From Planctomycetota bacterium (lineage in GTDB: Bacteria; Planctomycetota; JAJSAM01; JAJVHW01): 64,000 nucleotides of DNA. Shown in pieces: positions 9,864 to 18,975 of the stretch. Location of the stretch: the NCBI GenBank assembly GCA_965248445.1, contig CBDFJG010000004.1, forward strand, positions 896,001 to 960,000. Reading direction: 5' to 3'. The notes below the pieces were generated by a model, which was given only the letters and a program-made list of their open reading frames with translations, was not told where the DNA came from and searched no databases. Every line of letters begins with the position of its first letter. Within the stretch, counting starts at the first letter, position 1. Position numbers and translations under genes: made by a program.

Positions 9864-10247
9864 ATGCCGCGAACCGCCAATACCACCGACGCCCTTCTTG
9901 CCGACCTGAGTAACCGACTCGCGCGACTGGCCGAGACCGCACGCAAGGAGGGCCGCGAAGAGGCGCTCGCGGATGTACGCTCCCTCGTGAGCGGCGAGGC
10001 GACGAAGCGCCGGAAGCCGACTCCGAGGAAGCCCAAGGCGGCGCGCAAGGCTGCCAAGCCACGGACGAAGTCGAAGAAGCCCCGCAAGAGCTCCTGGGCC
10101 GGACTGACGCCCGAGCAGTGGCTCGCACGCGTGAACGCGATCCGGAAAGGACGGGGGCTGCCGCCGAGGGCTGCCACCGAAGAAGGAACGGTAGCTCGGA
10201 GCGAGTCTGGGTTCGGCGGGGTTACCTTGACTAACGACGCCAACTAG
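9864..10247 (+). CDS. Small basic DNA-binding protein, possibly H-NS-like
   Basis: GGAGG RBS; helical N-terminus, Lys/Arg/Pro-rich linker, short C-terminal domain (SWAGLTPEQW); divergent from the tail operon. Confidence 0.55.
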   Translation: MPRTANTTDALLADLSNRLARLAETARKEGREEALADVRSLVSGEATKRRKPTPRKPKAARKAAKPRTKSKKPRKSSWAGLTPEQWLARVNAIRKGRGLPPRAATEEGTVARSESGFGGVTLTNDAN

Positions 10248-11916
10248 CCCGAATCGTTCACCAGCCGGGAATCTGAGCGGGCCGTCGTCTGTCTAAGTGC
10301 TCGTACTCGCTAGTACTTGCACCGACAGGAGCGCCGGCCCGATGACGACAGACTGTAGCCCGCAGGGGACCCTCTTCGCGGGCATCTGTGGACGCACCGC
10401 GGTGACGCGCTTCGACGCCGGTACCGTGACGAGCGACGGGGGCGTGCTGCTGCTCGAGCGGACCGATCGTCGCATCGATCTGCTCTCGCGGTTTGCGCGC
10501 TGCTTCGGGGACCACCGGGACCCGCGTCGGGTCGAGCACACGGTCGGCCAGATGCTGCGTCAGCGGGTCTTCGGGCTGTGCGCGGGCTACGAGGATCTGG
10601 TGGACCACGACCATGTCGGCAAGGACCCGCTGTTTGCCGCGGCGTGCGGCAAGCGCGAGGGTGCTCTGGCCACGCACCCGACGCTCTCGCGGCTCGAGAC
10701 CACGCAGCTCGGCGCCACGGCACAGACGCGCTACGCCAAGATCGAGATGGACCAGGAGCGCGTGGACAGCGTGCTCAGCGACGTCTTCTGCGAGGCCATG
10801 GGGCCGGAGGATCCGGGCCTGCTCGTGCTGGACCTGGACCACTCCGACGTGCGGCTGCACGGCCGGCAGGAGGGCCGCTTCTTCCACGGCTACTACGGGC
10901 ACTACTGCTACCTGCCGCTGTACGTCTTCTGCGGCGAGCACCTCTTGCTCGCTCGGCTCCAGACCGCTGACAGAGATCCCGCGCGCGGAGTCGTGGACGA
11001 GCTCCGTGCGCTGGTCTTACGTCTGCGGCGCCGCTGGCCCCGGGCCAAGGTGCTCGTGCGCGCAGACTCGGGCTTTTGCCGCGAGGAGCTGATGGCCTGG
11101 TGCGAGGCCGCCGGCCACTTCTACCTGCTGGGCATGGCGCGCAATGAGCGCCTTGAGCGACACGTCGAAGACGCGCTCGATGAGGCCGCAGCCCGTGCCG
11201 TGCAGACCGGCCGAGCAGCCCGGGTCTTTCGCGACTTTGCCTGGACCACGCTGGGGAGCTGGAGCCAGAGGCGTCGCGTGGTCGCCAAGGCCGAGCACCT
11301 GCCGGGCGGCAAGCGCAATCCCCGCTTCGTGGTGACCAATCTGCCGCCTCGTAGCTGGAGCAGCAAGCGTCTCTACGAGCAGCTCTACTGCGCCCGGGGC
11401 GAGGCGGAGAATCGCATCAAGGAGCAGCAGCTCGAGCTCTTCGGCACCCGTCTGTCGGTGCACACGATGCAGGGCAACGCCGTGCGGATGGCCATGTCGG
11501 CCATGGCCTACGTCCTGACCTGTGCGCTGCGACGCATCGGTCTCGCCGGCACCGAGATGGCGCGTGCGCAAGCCGGCACGATCCGCCTGCGGCTGCTCAA
11601 GATCGGCGCGCTCGTGCGGATCACGACGCGCCGGATCTGGGTCTCGATGTCCTCGTCGTGGCCCTGGCAGCACGTCTTCGAGCGCTGCGCGCAACGACTG
11701 CTGGCATCCCCGAAGCCGACCTGACGTCCCGCCGCGCCGTCCGCCACACCACCGCCCGGCCTACGGTCTGCCCACACCGCAGAATCCGCGCCGTTTCGGC
11801 CGCTCACTCGCGTTGCCCTTGTGGCAACGACGACAGCATCCGCCCTCGCCTGGCCAAGATCTGACCCTGTGGACTCCGAAAGCACCGTCATCGCGACGTC
11901 TCGTGAACAGATGCGG
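10248..11916 (+). mobile_element. IS1380-family insertion sequence (1669 bp)
   Basis: Imperfect terminal IRs CCCGAATCGTTCACCAG / (rc) CCGCATCTGTTCACGAG (11/17 identical); CTAG direct repeats at 10244-10247 and 11917-11920; one DDE transposase. Confidence 0.9.
10342..11724 (+). CDS. IS1380-family DDE transposase
   Basis: FDAGTVTSDGG, LDLD..D...HGRQEG.FFHGYY..YCYLPL, VRADSGF, YCARGEAENRIKE motifs. Confidence 0.95.
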   Translation: MTTDCSPQGTLFAGICGRTAVTRFDAGTVTSDGGVLLLERTDRRIDLLSRFARCFGDHRDPRRVEHTVGQMLRQRVFGLCAGYEDLVDHDHVGKDPLFAAACGKREGALATHPTLSRLETTQLGATAQTRYAKIEMDQERVDSVLSDVFCEAMGPEDPGLLVLDLDHSDVRLHGRQEGRFFHGYYGHYCYLPLYVFCGEHLLLARLQTADRDPARGVVDELRALVLRLRRRWPRAKVLVRADSGFCREELMAWCEAAGHFYLLGMARNERLERHVEDALDEAAARAVQTGRAARVFRDFAWTTLGSWSQRRRVVAKAEHLPGGKRNPRFVVTNLPPRSWSSKRLYEQLYCARGEAENRIKEQQLELFGTRLSVHTMQGNAVRMAMSAMAYVLTCALRRIGLAGTEMARAQAGTIRLRLLKIGALVRITTRRIWVSMSSSWPWQHVFERCAQRLLASPKPT

Positions 11917-11949
11917 CTAGACGCCGCCCACGCCCACCCGTGCTTGGCT

Positions 11950-11976
11950 AGCGTCTGTACCGCAGCGTCTGTACCG
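11950..11976. repeat. Tandem 13-bp direct repeat AGCGTCTGTACCG x2
   Basis: Copies at 11950-11962 and 11964-11976. Confidence 0.8.
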
Positions 11977-12044
11977 AGTCAGGACAGGTTCTGAAGCGTT
12001 CGCGTTGCTAGAGCGCACGGACTCTGCAGGAATTGTCCTGACTC
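11976..12044. repeat. 11-bp perfect inverted repeat GAGTCAGGACA...TGTCCTGACTC
   Basis: Arms at 11976-11986 and 12034-12044. Confidence 0.75.
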
Positions 12045-12130
12045 CGTATGCGTGAACCAATTCGCAAGGGACTATTTGCCGATTCGCCAACCATCGGGCC
12101 CCTCCGCCGCGTGCCGCGCTGGCCGCTTCT

Positions 12131-12877
12131 CTACGGCTCGCGATGCAGCTCGAAGACGAGACAGCCGTCCTGTTCCTCGAACACCTCGCGCTCTGTTCCG
12201 TCACCCGGATCGAGGCGCACCTCGCGAAGGAACCGGTGCACGCGCGTCCGTTGCCAGCCCGGGAAGTAGACGAGTAGGAGGCGGTCGTCTCCGGCCCAGT
12301 GGCCGCGCGGCTCTCCCGACTCGTCGTGTACCTCCCCATCCGGCAGGAGATCGAGCAGGCCCGGCGCCTCGTCGAAGCAGCTTCGCCAGCGACCGGCGAG
12401 GTCGGAGGCGTGACCGAGCTCCGCGAAGTCGGCCGCGCGGGCATCGCGCACGAATTCGAGCCACTCGACGCTCTCGTGCTCGCGACCGCGCCCGGTGGCG
12501 AGGCCGCGCCACCGGCCACCGACATCGCTGTCGCTCATGGCCCCGCGATCCGGTCGCCCACTCCGGAGTACGGGGCTACCGTTCCCGGAGTTCGCAATGG
12601 TCCACTTCCCCGGGATCGGGGTTCCGCCGGGGGATCGCGCCACCGCGCCGTCGTGTGGACTCCCCCACAGGAACCACGGCGCCTGCCCGGACGCGAAGCC
12701 GTGCTCATTCTCCGCCAGACTCTCGAGCGACCAGATGTTGCTCGCGATGTAAAGGGCAACGGCGCACGAGAGAACCACCAGCGCAACCGTGCCGCCGATG
12801 GCCCACCGCACGCCGTGCGAGACGGCAGAGAGCGGTTCGTCGTGCGACGATTTCGGCAGGCCGGGTGGAGGCGCCAC
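12131..12877 (-). CDS. Hypothetical membrane-anchored protein
   Basis: 248 aa ORF with one N-terminal hydrophobic helix; start uncertain. Confidence 0.5.
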   Translation of the reverse strand: MAPPPGLPKSSHDEPLSAVSHGVRWAIGGTVALVVLSCAVALYIASNIWSLESLAENEHGFASGQAPWFLWGSPHDGAVARSPGGTPIPGKWTIANSGNGSPVLRSGRPDRGAMSDSDVGGRWRGLATGRGREHESVEWLEFVRDARAADFAELGHASDLAGRWRSCFDEAPGLLDLLPDGEVHDESGEPRGHWAGDDRLLLVYFPGWQRTRVHRFLREVRLDPGDGTEREVFEEQDGCLVFELHREP

Positions 12878-12974
12878 GTCCGCAGTTTACGCCGGAGTTG
12901 CGAGTCGCGGCGGCAGGCAGGCTGCTGTTGCGGTCCTTCTTCCAGGTGTCCGGCGTTCTACGCACGTCTCCCGC

Positions 12975-13967
12975 CACGCCGACCTGCAGGGCTACTCCGC
13001 TGAGTGGCGCGACGTCATTCGCTTCGACTACCGCGATCGCAGCGTCTGGTCGATGCCACCGCCGTCCAGCGGCGGCCTCTGCCTCGCGATGATGGCGAAC
13101 GTGCTCACGCTCTACCCGCGCGGCGCGATCGACCTCGACACAGATGCGGGTGTGCATCGCTACGTGGAAGCGGCGCGCCGGGCGTATGCCGACCGCGCCG
13201 TCCACCTTGGCGACAGCGACTTCTACGACGTGCCCCGCACGTGGCTCCTGTCGTCCGCCCATGCGCGCGCCCGCCGCCGCGAGATCGGCGAGCGTGCGAC
13301 CCCGAGCGCCGAGGTGCGGGCCGGGGCGCCAGTGAGAACAGAGGGTGAGGAGACGACTCACTACTCGGTGCTCGACGCCGACGGGATGGCGGTGAGTGTC
13401 ACGACGACACTCAACTTCGGATATGGCTCGCTCGTGAGCGTCGAGGGCGCGGGGTTTCTCCTGAACAACGAGATGGACGACTTCAGTGCGAAGCCCGGAG
13501 TCCCCAACGCCTACGGGCTCATCGGCAACGAGGCGAACGCCATCGCTCCCCGCAAGCGGATGCTCTCCTCGATGTCACCGACCATCGTCACTCGCGGCGG
13601 GGAGGTCGAACTGGTGGTTGGGACGCCGGGCGGCAGCACGATCATCACGTCGGTGCTGCAGCAGATCGTCCGGATCCTCGACATGGGGCAGAGCGCTGCA
13701 GAGGCGTGCGCCGCTCCCCGCATCCACCACCAGTGGCTGCCCGACGAGGTGTTCTACGAGTCGGGGCGGAAGCCGGCGGGGCAGCTGCTCGACGCGCTGC
13801 GCGGCCGGGGGCACGCGCTGTCCGGCCGCTCGGCCATCGGCGACGTCTGCACGATCCACGTCGCCGGTCGAAGGGTCTACGCCGTCTCGGACCCGCGCGG
13901 CCGCGGCGCGTCCGGAACTGCCCCGTCCCCGGGCCCGCGAGCAGCCTCGCAGAGCACCGCGGAATAG
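12975..13967 (+). pseudogene. ggt: Gamma-glutamyltransferase, C-terminal part only
   Basis: ADLQGY...PPPSSGG, ETTHYSV (catalytic Thr), TTTLN, NNEMDDF, KRMLSSMSPT, GTPGGSTI, DPRG are present. No GGT-like N-terminal sequence was seen upstream in any + frame. Confidence 0.8.
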
Positions 13968-14088
13968 GAGCACGAGGCTCGTCTGTTCTGCGCCCGACGG
14001 CGCCGGAGGATGGGTTTCATGGCGCTTTTTCGCGGCTTCTTGGCGGCGGAAAGTCCCAGCGCCCGAGCCCGGTGCTGGCGCCGTCGTT

Positions 14089-14100
14089 GTAACGCGTTAC
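14089..14100. promoter_or_regulatory. Perfect palindrome GTAACGCGTTAC, possible operator
   Basis: 12-bp palindrome in intergenic DNA ~100 bp upstream of the small Lys-rich gene. Confidence 0.3.
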
Positions 14101-14202
14101 CGTCGTTCCGTGCGGTGACCGTCAGCGCTCTCGCGCTTTGCACCGCCCGGCGGGATCATGGACCGCGGCCCGATCACGAGCGCCGCCAAGGAGATAGACG
14201 TC

Positions 14203-14313
14203 ATGGCCAAGGGCAGAAGTGCGCAGAAGGCGAAGGGCAACAAGCCGAAGCTCTCCACCAAGGAGAAGAAGGCGAAGAAGGCGGAGAAGAAGGCCAAGAA
14301 GGGCCTGCGCTGA
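14203..14313 (+). CDS. 36-aa Lys-rich small protein
   Basis: AAGGAG RBS; MAKGRSAQKAKGNKPKLSTKEKKAKKAEKKAKKGLR; GC3-rich codons; below the ORF-track cutoff. Confidence 0.75.
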   Translation: MAKGRSAQKAKGNKPKLSTKEKKAKKAEKKAKKGLR

Positions 14314-14370
14314 TCGAGCTACTGGGCTGATCGGGCTACTGGGCTGATCGGGCCATCTGGGCTGATCGGC
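14310..14370. repeat. ~17-bp tandem repeat CTGATCGGGCTACTGGG x3.5
   Basis: Units start at 14310, 14327, 14344 and 14362 with minor variation. Confidence 0.85.
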
Positions 14371-14411
14371 CTAGCGGGACGGGCGCCCGGAGCGCCGTAG
14401 CCGCTGGCCTT

Positions 14412-15725
14412 TCAGCGCCCGCGGCCGCCGCGACCGGGCCACTCGGGCTTCTCGCCCTCGGCCGGGTCGGGGAAGTAGCGCGCCGGCATGCCGTCGTAAT
14501 CCGGGACGTCCCTGCCCTTCAAGCGTCTGATCGCGAGATCTACGGCTCGCTCCAATCGCCAGTCCCAGCGACCGAGTGACTCCCGGTACTCGACGAGCGC
14601 GTCCTTGACCTTCTCGTCCTCGCTCAGCCCGAGCGCCCACGTGGCTGCGGCGCGCACGTCTTGCCCGCCGCCCTGGACTAGGATCTTGCGCAGTCCGGCC
14701 TTCACCGCCTTCTCGGTCGCGAACGGTGCGATGGCGACGGACGCCTGCTCGCGCACGAGCTCTTTCTTGTCGCCAAGTGCCTTGGTCAGGGCCTTGCGCA
14801 CGTCCGCGTTCTCCGGGCCGAGCGCGCCCAACGCGCGGCAGATCGACGACTTCGCCTTCTCGTCCTTCTCCTTCTTGACCCGCGCGAGCAGCGGTGCGAG
14901 GTGGTCCTCGAAGCCGCTCCGGCGCATCGCGAGCGCGACGCGCATCCGTACCTCGGGCGCCTTGTGCTTGAGCGCGGCGTGGGCGAGGGCGCGCCGTTCC
15001 ACCGTGTCGGCGAGGGCGAACGCCCCGAGTACGGAACCGACGACGTCGGCGTCCCGCGACGCCTTGGCGCGCTTGGCGAGTTCTGCGTCGATTGCAGGGT
15101 CCTTCTCCGCGATGAGCTCGGCGAGCGCGATGTCGCGCACCGCGGAGATCGGGTCGAACGCCCGGTCCATCCGTCCCTCGAGCGTGTCCCACGCCGCGAG
15201 GCGTTCGGGCGTGCACAACTCGGATGCGCGGGTCATGAGCGCGGCGAGATCCGCTGCCGACATCGTCCATACCCGCTGGAACAGGATCTTGCCGTCGGGC
15301 GATACGAAGAAGTGCCGCGGCGAGTTGACGTCGTCCTTCGGACCGAGACCCAGCCACTCGCGGCGGACGGTGTCTTCGATCGTCTGGTGCTGGTCGCAGG
15401 TCACACTGCCGAAGCGCTCGCACACACCGCCAACCAGCCGGTGCTTGTAGAGCGACGCGATCGCGATAGCGCAGCTCTCCGCTGCTTTGTGGAAGACCGG
15501 GTCCGTGTAGACGTCGTCCACCATCCCCTGGTTGCCGCGCTCGCTGTCCATGTTGAGCGCGACCATCAGCGCGACACCGCGCTTCTCGGCCGCCGCGAGC
15601 CCCGCTTCGAGCGATGGTTCCCAACGCGGATGCGTCGGCCGGTCCTGCGCGGCGGCGGGGACGACCGAGAGGGCGAGCAGCGTGACGGCGAGCAAACTGA
15701 GGCGTCTCACGATGTGTGCGCGCAT
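14412..15725 (-). CDS. Secreted thioredoxin-like + HEAT-repeat protein
   Basis: Signal peptide; WEPSLEAGLAAAEKRGVALMV thioredoxin-like start; C-terminal HEAT repeats (VRMRVALAM, VREQASVAI, VRAAATWALG). Confidence 0.7.
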   Translation of the reverse strand: MRAHIVRRLSLLAVTLLALSVVPAAAQDRPTHPRWEPSLEAGLAAAEKRGVALMVALNMDSERGNQGMVDDVYTDPVFHKAAESCAIAIASLYKHRLVGGVCERFGSVTCDQHQTIEDTVRREWLGLGPKDDVNSPRHFFVSPDGKILFQRVWTMSAADLAALMTRASELCTPERLAAWDTLEGRMDRAFDPISAVRDIALAELIAEKDPAIDAELAKRAKASRDADVVGSVLGAFALADTVERRALAHAALKHKAPEVRMRVALAMRRSGFEDHLAPLLARVKKEKDEKAKSSICRALGALGPENADVRKALTKALGDKKELVREQASVAIAPFATEKAVKAGLRKILVQGGGQDVRAAATWALGLSEDEKVKDALVEYRESLGRWDWRLERAVDLAIRRLKGRDVPDYDGMPARYFPDPAEGEKPEWPGRGGRGR

Positions 15726-15764
15726 GGCTCTTCCGACCTCCAAGTCCGCAGAGGGTACAGGCCG

Positions 15765-16178
15765 CTACTGCTCTCGCAGATCGATGCGTTCGGTTTGGCC
15801 CTCGACCTCCACCTCGAGGTAGTCGTAGCTCCAGACGCCACGCTCGCGAGGCGCGTTGACGTAGATCTTGGCGGAGCCCTCGGGTCCGGAGATCGGGATC
15901 GTGAGATTCGCGTCGCCACCCTGGTTCTGGATGTTCACGTTTCCCTGGACGAAGAACCCCTCCTCGATGGGTTGGCCGAGTGCCTCGACCACGCGCTCGT
16001 TGCTGCGGGCCCGTTCCATGGCGACCTGGAAGGGCTTCGTGGACTTGATGATCCCCATCACGCCGCCGAACACCCCGAAGCCGCACGCGGCGCATAGCAC
16101 CGCGAGCAAGAGCAGCGTCGCTGGCACGAACCACAGCCAGTTCCGCCCGAACCAGCCCTTCTGCGGTGTACCCGTCAC
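15765..16178 (-). CDS. Coa1-like (cytochrome oxidase assembly 1 domain) membrane protein
   Basis: WFGRNWLWFVP, TM helix, V.EALGQPIEEG...GNVN...GDANLTIPISGPEG. Confidence 0.7.
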   Translation of the reverse strand: MTGTPQKGWFGRNWLWFVPATLLLLAVLCAACGFGVFGGVMGIIKSTKPFQVAMERARSNERVVEALGQPIEEGFFVQGNVNIQNQGGDANLTIPISGPEGSAKIYVNAPRERGVWSYDYLEVEVEGQTERIDLREQ

Positions 16179-16264
16179 CTCCACCTCCTCGCGGACAGAG
16201 ATCGTACGGCGGCTCGGCGCCGAGCCCAGGGACGCAATTCGCGCCCGCCGCTCCGCCTGCCTGA

Positions 16265-17920
16265 ATGCGCGCCCTTGAGCCGGAGAGGCTCCGCCGCGTA
16301 CCGTCTGCCGCGATGGGTGAGGATGACCTGACTGCTGACGCCCTCGACGATGAGGAGCGGACCGAGGACGAGCGTGGACCGGGCCACGACACGGTCTCGT
16401 TCGACGACCTCGAGCCGGCTCCCGGGGATCCCGCGCCGCTGCTGCTCGAGACGCTGGCGCCGCTGCCCACCGTCGCTCCGATGGGAGAAGTGGCTCCGTT
16501 GCCGACCCTGGCGCCACTCGAAGCGCCTGCACCTGTGCCGCGTGACAGGTCGCGTGAGGCTCCACCCGACGAGGGGCCGCCGGAGCTCGCGCCGATCGCC
16601 TCGGCACCCATCGAGATCGCAGAGATACCCACGGAACCGCCGGCGGCTCAGATGCACCTCTCGCCGCGCTACGAGTACACGTCCCTGCCGGCGGACGATC
16701 CGCCGGCGCTCGGTGTTCTCGTCGAGCTGGAGGCGCTCGGGCAACCGCTGGTCGAGAAGGGCGCGGGCCCCGTGGCACACGTCATCCTCGCGCTCGACAT
16801 GTCGGCCAGCATGAACGACCCGGACAAGTACCCGGTGCTGCGAGAGGCCGTCGGCTCGATGCTCGACGACCTGCACGCCGAGGACGCGGCGGACGTACTG
16901 CTGAGCGTCGTGATCTTCTCGAAGGGTGCGGACGTGATCGTGCGCGACGCCCGCGCGCGGAAGATCTCGAGGCGCGCGCTGTTCAAGGCGCTCGACCGGC
17001 ACCCGCTCGCGTTCGGGAAGTACACCGACATCGCGGGTGCGTTGGGCAAGGCCGGGCGGATCGCCTACGACCAGTGCCGCCGTTCGCGCTTGCTGCCGGT
17101 GCGCGTGTACCTGCTGACGGACGGCCGGCCACAGGACGTGCAGCGCGCCGCCGAGATGGCGAATCGGCTCGGGAAGATACCCGCGGACCTGCATGCGCTC
17201 GCGTTCGGCTCCGACGCAGACGTCGTGATCCTCCAGAACCTGTTCGCCGGCAAGCGCGGGGGAACGGTCAAGAGTGTCCGCAAGGACACGATCGGCACCG
17301 CGTTCGAGCGCGTGGCCGAGGTCGCGCAGCGCGTCATCGCGACACGCTGCATCGTCTCCGTCGACCTCGCACTCGGAGTCGTGGGTGGCGACGCGTTCCG
17401 TTACCGCCCGGCCCGTGTGCGTTTCCCCGAGCCCGCGTTCGAGAAGGGCAAGCACTTCCGCGCCGACCTCGGCACGATCGAGACCGACCGCAAGTACTCG
17501 CTTCTCTTCGAACTGCGTCCCCCAGAGCGCGACGAGCAGGTCACGCATCTCGGCAAGGTCGAGATCTCGATCCCTGGTCACGGCGGCCCAGTCACGACGA
17601 CTCTCGACCTGACGCTTCCGCGGACCGGCGTCGGCTCGGAGCCGGGCGACGTGGAGGCATCGGTGCGCACCGCGCTCGACATCCTGGGCGCGCTCGACGA
17701 CGACGACCCACAGGTGGCGTTGCGCGCGTTGCGCCTGCGCCGCGACCTCTACGAGCGCGAACGCCGTGACCCAGGACTCATCCGGATCATCTCTCACGCC
17801 ATCATGACGCTCGAACGCGACGGCTCACTCGACGCGCTCGGGGCCGGCGACCTGGCGACGTTGCGCGCGCACACGTGCACGTCCTCGGGCGACCAAGATC
17901 TCGCGTATCTGCGTGGCTGA
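16265..17920 (+). CDS. von Willebrand factor A domain protein
   Basis: MIDAS DMSAS, T and LLTDG motifs; acidic Pro-rich N-terminus; start may be 16313. Confidence 0.85.
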   Translation: MRALEPERLRRVPSAAMGEDDLTADALDDEERTEDERGPGHDTVSFDDLEPAPGDPAPLLLETLAPLPTVAPMGEVAPLPTLAPLEAPAPVPRDRSREAPPDEGPPELAPIASAPIEIAEIPTEPPAAQMHLSPRYEYTSLPADDPPALGVLVELEALGQPLVEKGAGPVAHVILALDMSASMNDPDKYPVLREAVGSMLDDLHAEDAADVLLSVVIFSKGADVIVRDARARKISRRALFKALDRHPLAFGKYTDIAGALGKAGRIAYDQCRRSRLLPVRVYLLTDGRPQDVQRAAEMANRLGKIPADLHALAFGSDADVVILQNLFAGKRGGTVKSVRKDTIGTAFERVAEVAQRVIATRCIVSVDLALGVVGGDAFRYRPARVRFPEPAFEKGKHFRADLGTIETDRKYSLLFELRPPERDEQVTHLGKVEISIPGHGGPVTTTLDLTLPRTGVGSEPGDVEASVRTALDILGALDDDDPQVALRALRLRRDLYERERRDPGLIRIISHAIMTLERDGSLDALGAGDLATLRAHTCTSSGDQDLAYLRG

Positions 17921-18902
17921 CGCGGGTGGCGACCGGGAGGTCTCGCGTCGCGAGCGGCGCATCGGCAGCCGGCTCGCCGCGCGCGGCGATGGTGATCTGT
18001 TCGCGTGCTTGCTGTCCCTCCGGGGACTGGCGATGCGCGAGCGCTTCCACCTCGAGGAACTGCTTGCGGTAGGGGGCGAGGGCGCGGTGTTCGTGGTCCG
18101 CGACGAGACCGACCCGGACGCGCGCCTGGTCGGAAAGTTCGCGCTGGCGCCGTGGCACAAGCACGTGCGGCTCTCGTCGAAGCTGCTGCGCAGCGCGCGG
18201 CACGTGATCGAGCAGGAGGCGCGCGTCCTGACGATCGCCGGGAGTCCCTTCCTGCCGAGCTGCGAGGGTCTGCAGCAGTTCGACAATCCGTTGCTCGATG
18301 CCGACCGCGGCGGGGAATTCGCCAGGCCCGAGCCGTGTCTCGTGATGGAGCGGTTGCCCGGCCATGACCTCGACACGTGGCTTTGCCGCGTGCACCGGGG
18401 AGGTGTCGACCGAACGGCGCTCCGCGCGACGTTCGACCGCCTCGCGGTCGGTGTCGTGCAGGCGCTCTCGGACCTCGAGCGCCGCGGCTACCTGTACGCG
18501 GATCTCCGCCCCGGAAACCTGCGTGTTCTCGGACGTCCGCGCCGGCGCGTGCGACTTCTCGATGCGGGCGGTTGCGTGCGCGCCGACGACCCCGAGCGTC
18601 GCTTCCCGCATGTGCCGTCCTACTTGCCGCCGCGATTGTTCTCGAAGTCCCAGAAGGGTGAGGCGTTCCAGCCGGACTCCGTGACGCAGGCTGCGATGGC
18701 CGGACGCACGCTGTACGAAGTCGCGACGGGCGAGGCGCCGCAGGCGTCCAGGCACCTGGAAATGTCACGTCTCCTGAAGTCGCCGGTGTCCCCTCCGGTC
18801 GCCGGCGTGATCGCCGCGCTCGCCAACGAGGACTTCCCCAACTGCGAGTCGGCTCTCCACGAGCTGGCCGCGCGAGCCCGCCGCCGCGTCGGCCGAGCGT
18901 AG
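17913..18902 (+). CDS. Atypical Ser/Thr protein kinase
   Basis: GGEGAVF loop, VGK, LVMERL, YADLRPGN, LLDAG; overlaps the vWA stop. Confidence 0.75.
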   Translation: MADAGGDREVSRRERRIGSRLAARGDGDLFACLLSLRGLAMRERFHLEELLAVGGEGAVFVVRDETDPDARLVGKFALAPWHKHVRLSSKLLRSARHVIEQEARVLTIAGSPFLPSCEGLQQFDNPLLDADRGGEFARPEPCLVMERLPGHDLDTWLCRVHRGGVDRTALRATFDRLAVGVVQALSDLERRGYLYADLRPGNLRVLGRPRRRVRLLDAGGCVRADDPERRFPHVPSYLPPRLFSKSQKGEAFQPDSVTQAAMAGRTLYEVATGEAPQASRHLEMSRLLKSPVSPPVAGVIAALANEDFPNCESALHELAARARRRVGRA

Positions 18903-18975
18903 TTCCCCGGTCTCCGTACGGCGGCCCGGGTGCTAGGCTGCGCGGCTCGATTCTGCTCAGGAGGGTGAGGCCACC

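Noticed and set aside
10248..11916. IS-mediated deletion of the head genes
   Set aside because: Matching CTAG duplication on both sides indicates a simple insertion, and the divergent gene lies between the IS and the operon.
12030..12090. tRNA 3' end or dif site
   Set aside because: GTGAACCA and AATTCGCA are suggestive, but there is no T-arm/cloverleaf and no XerD arm (TTATGTTAAAT-like).
14310..14370. CRISPR array
   Set aside because: Units are contiguous 17-mers with no spacers; no cas genes in the window.
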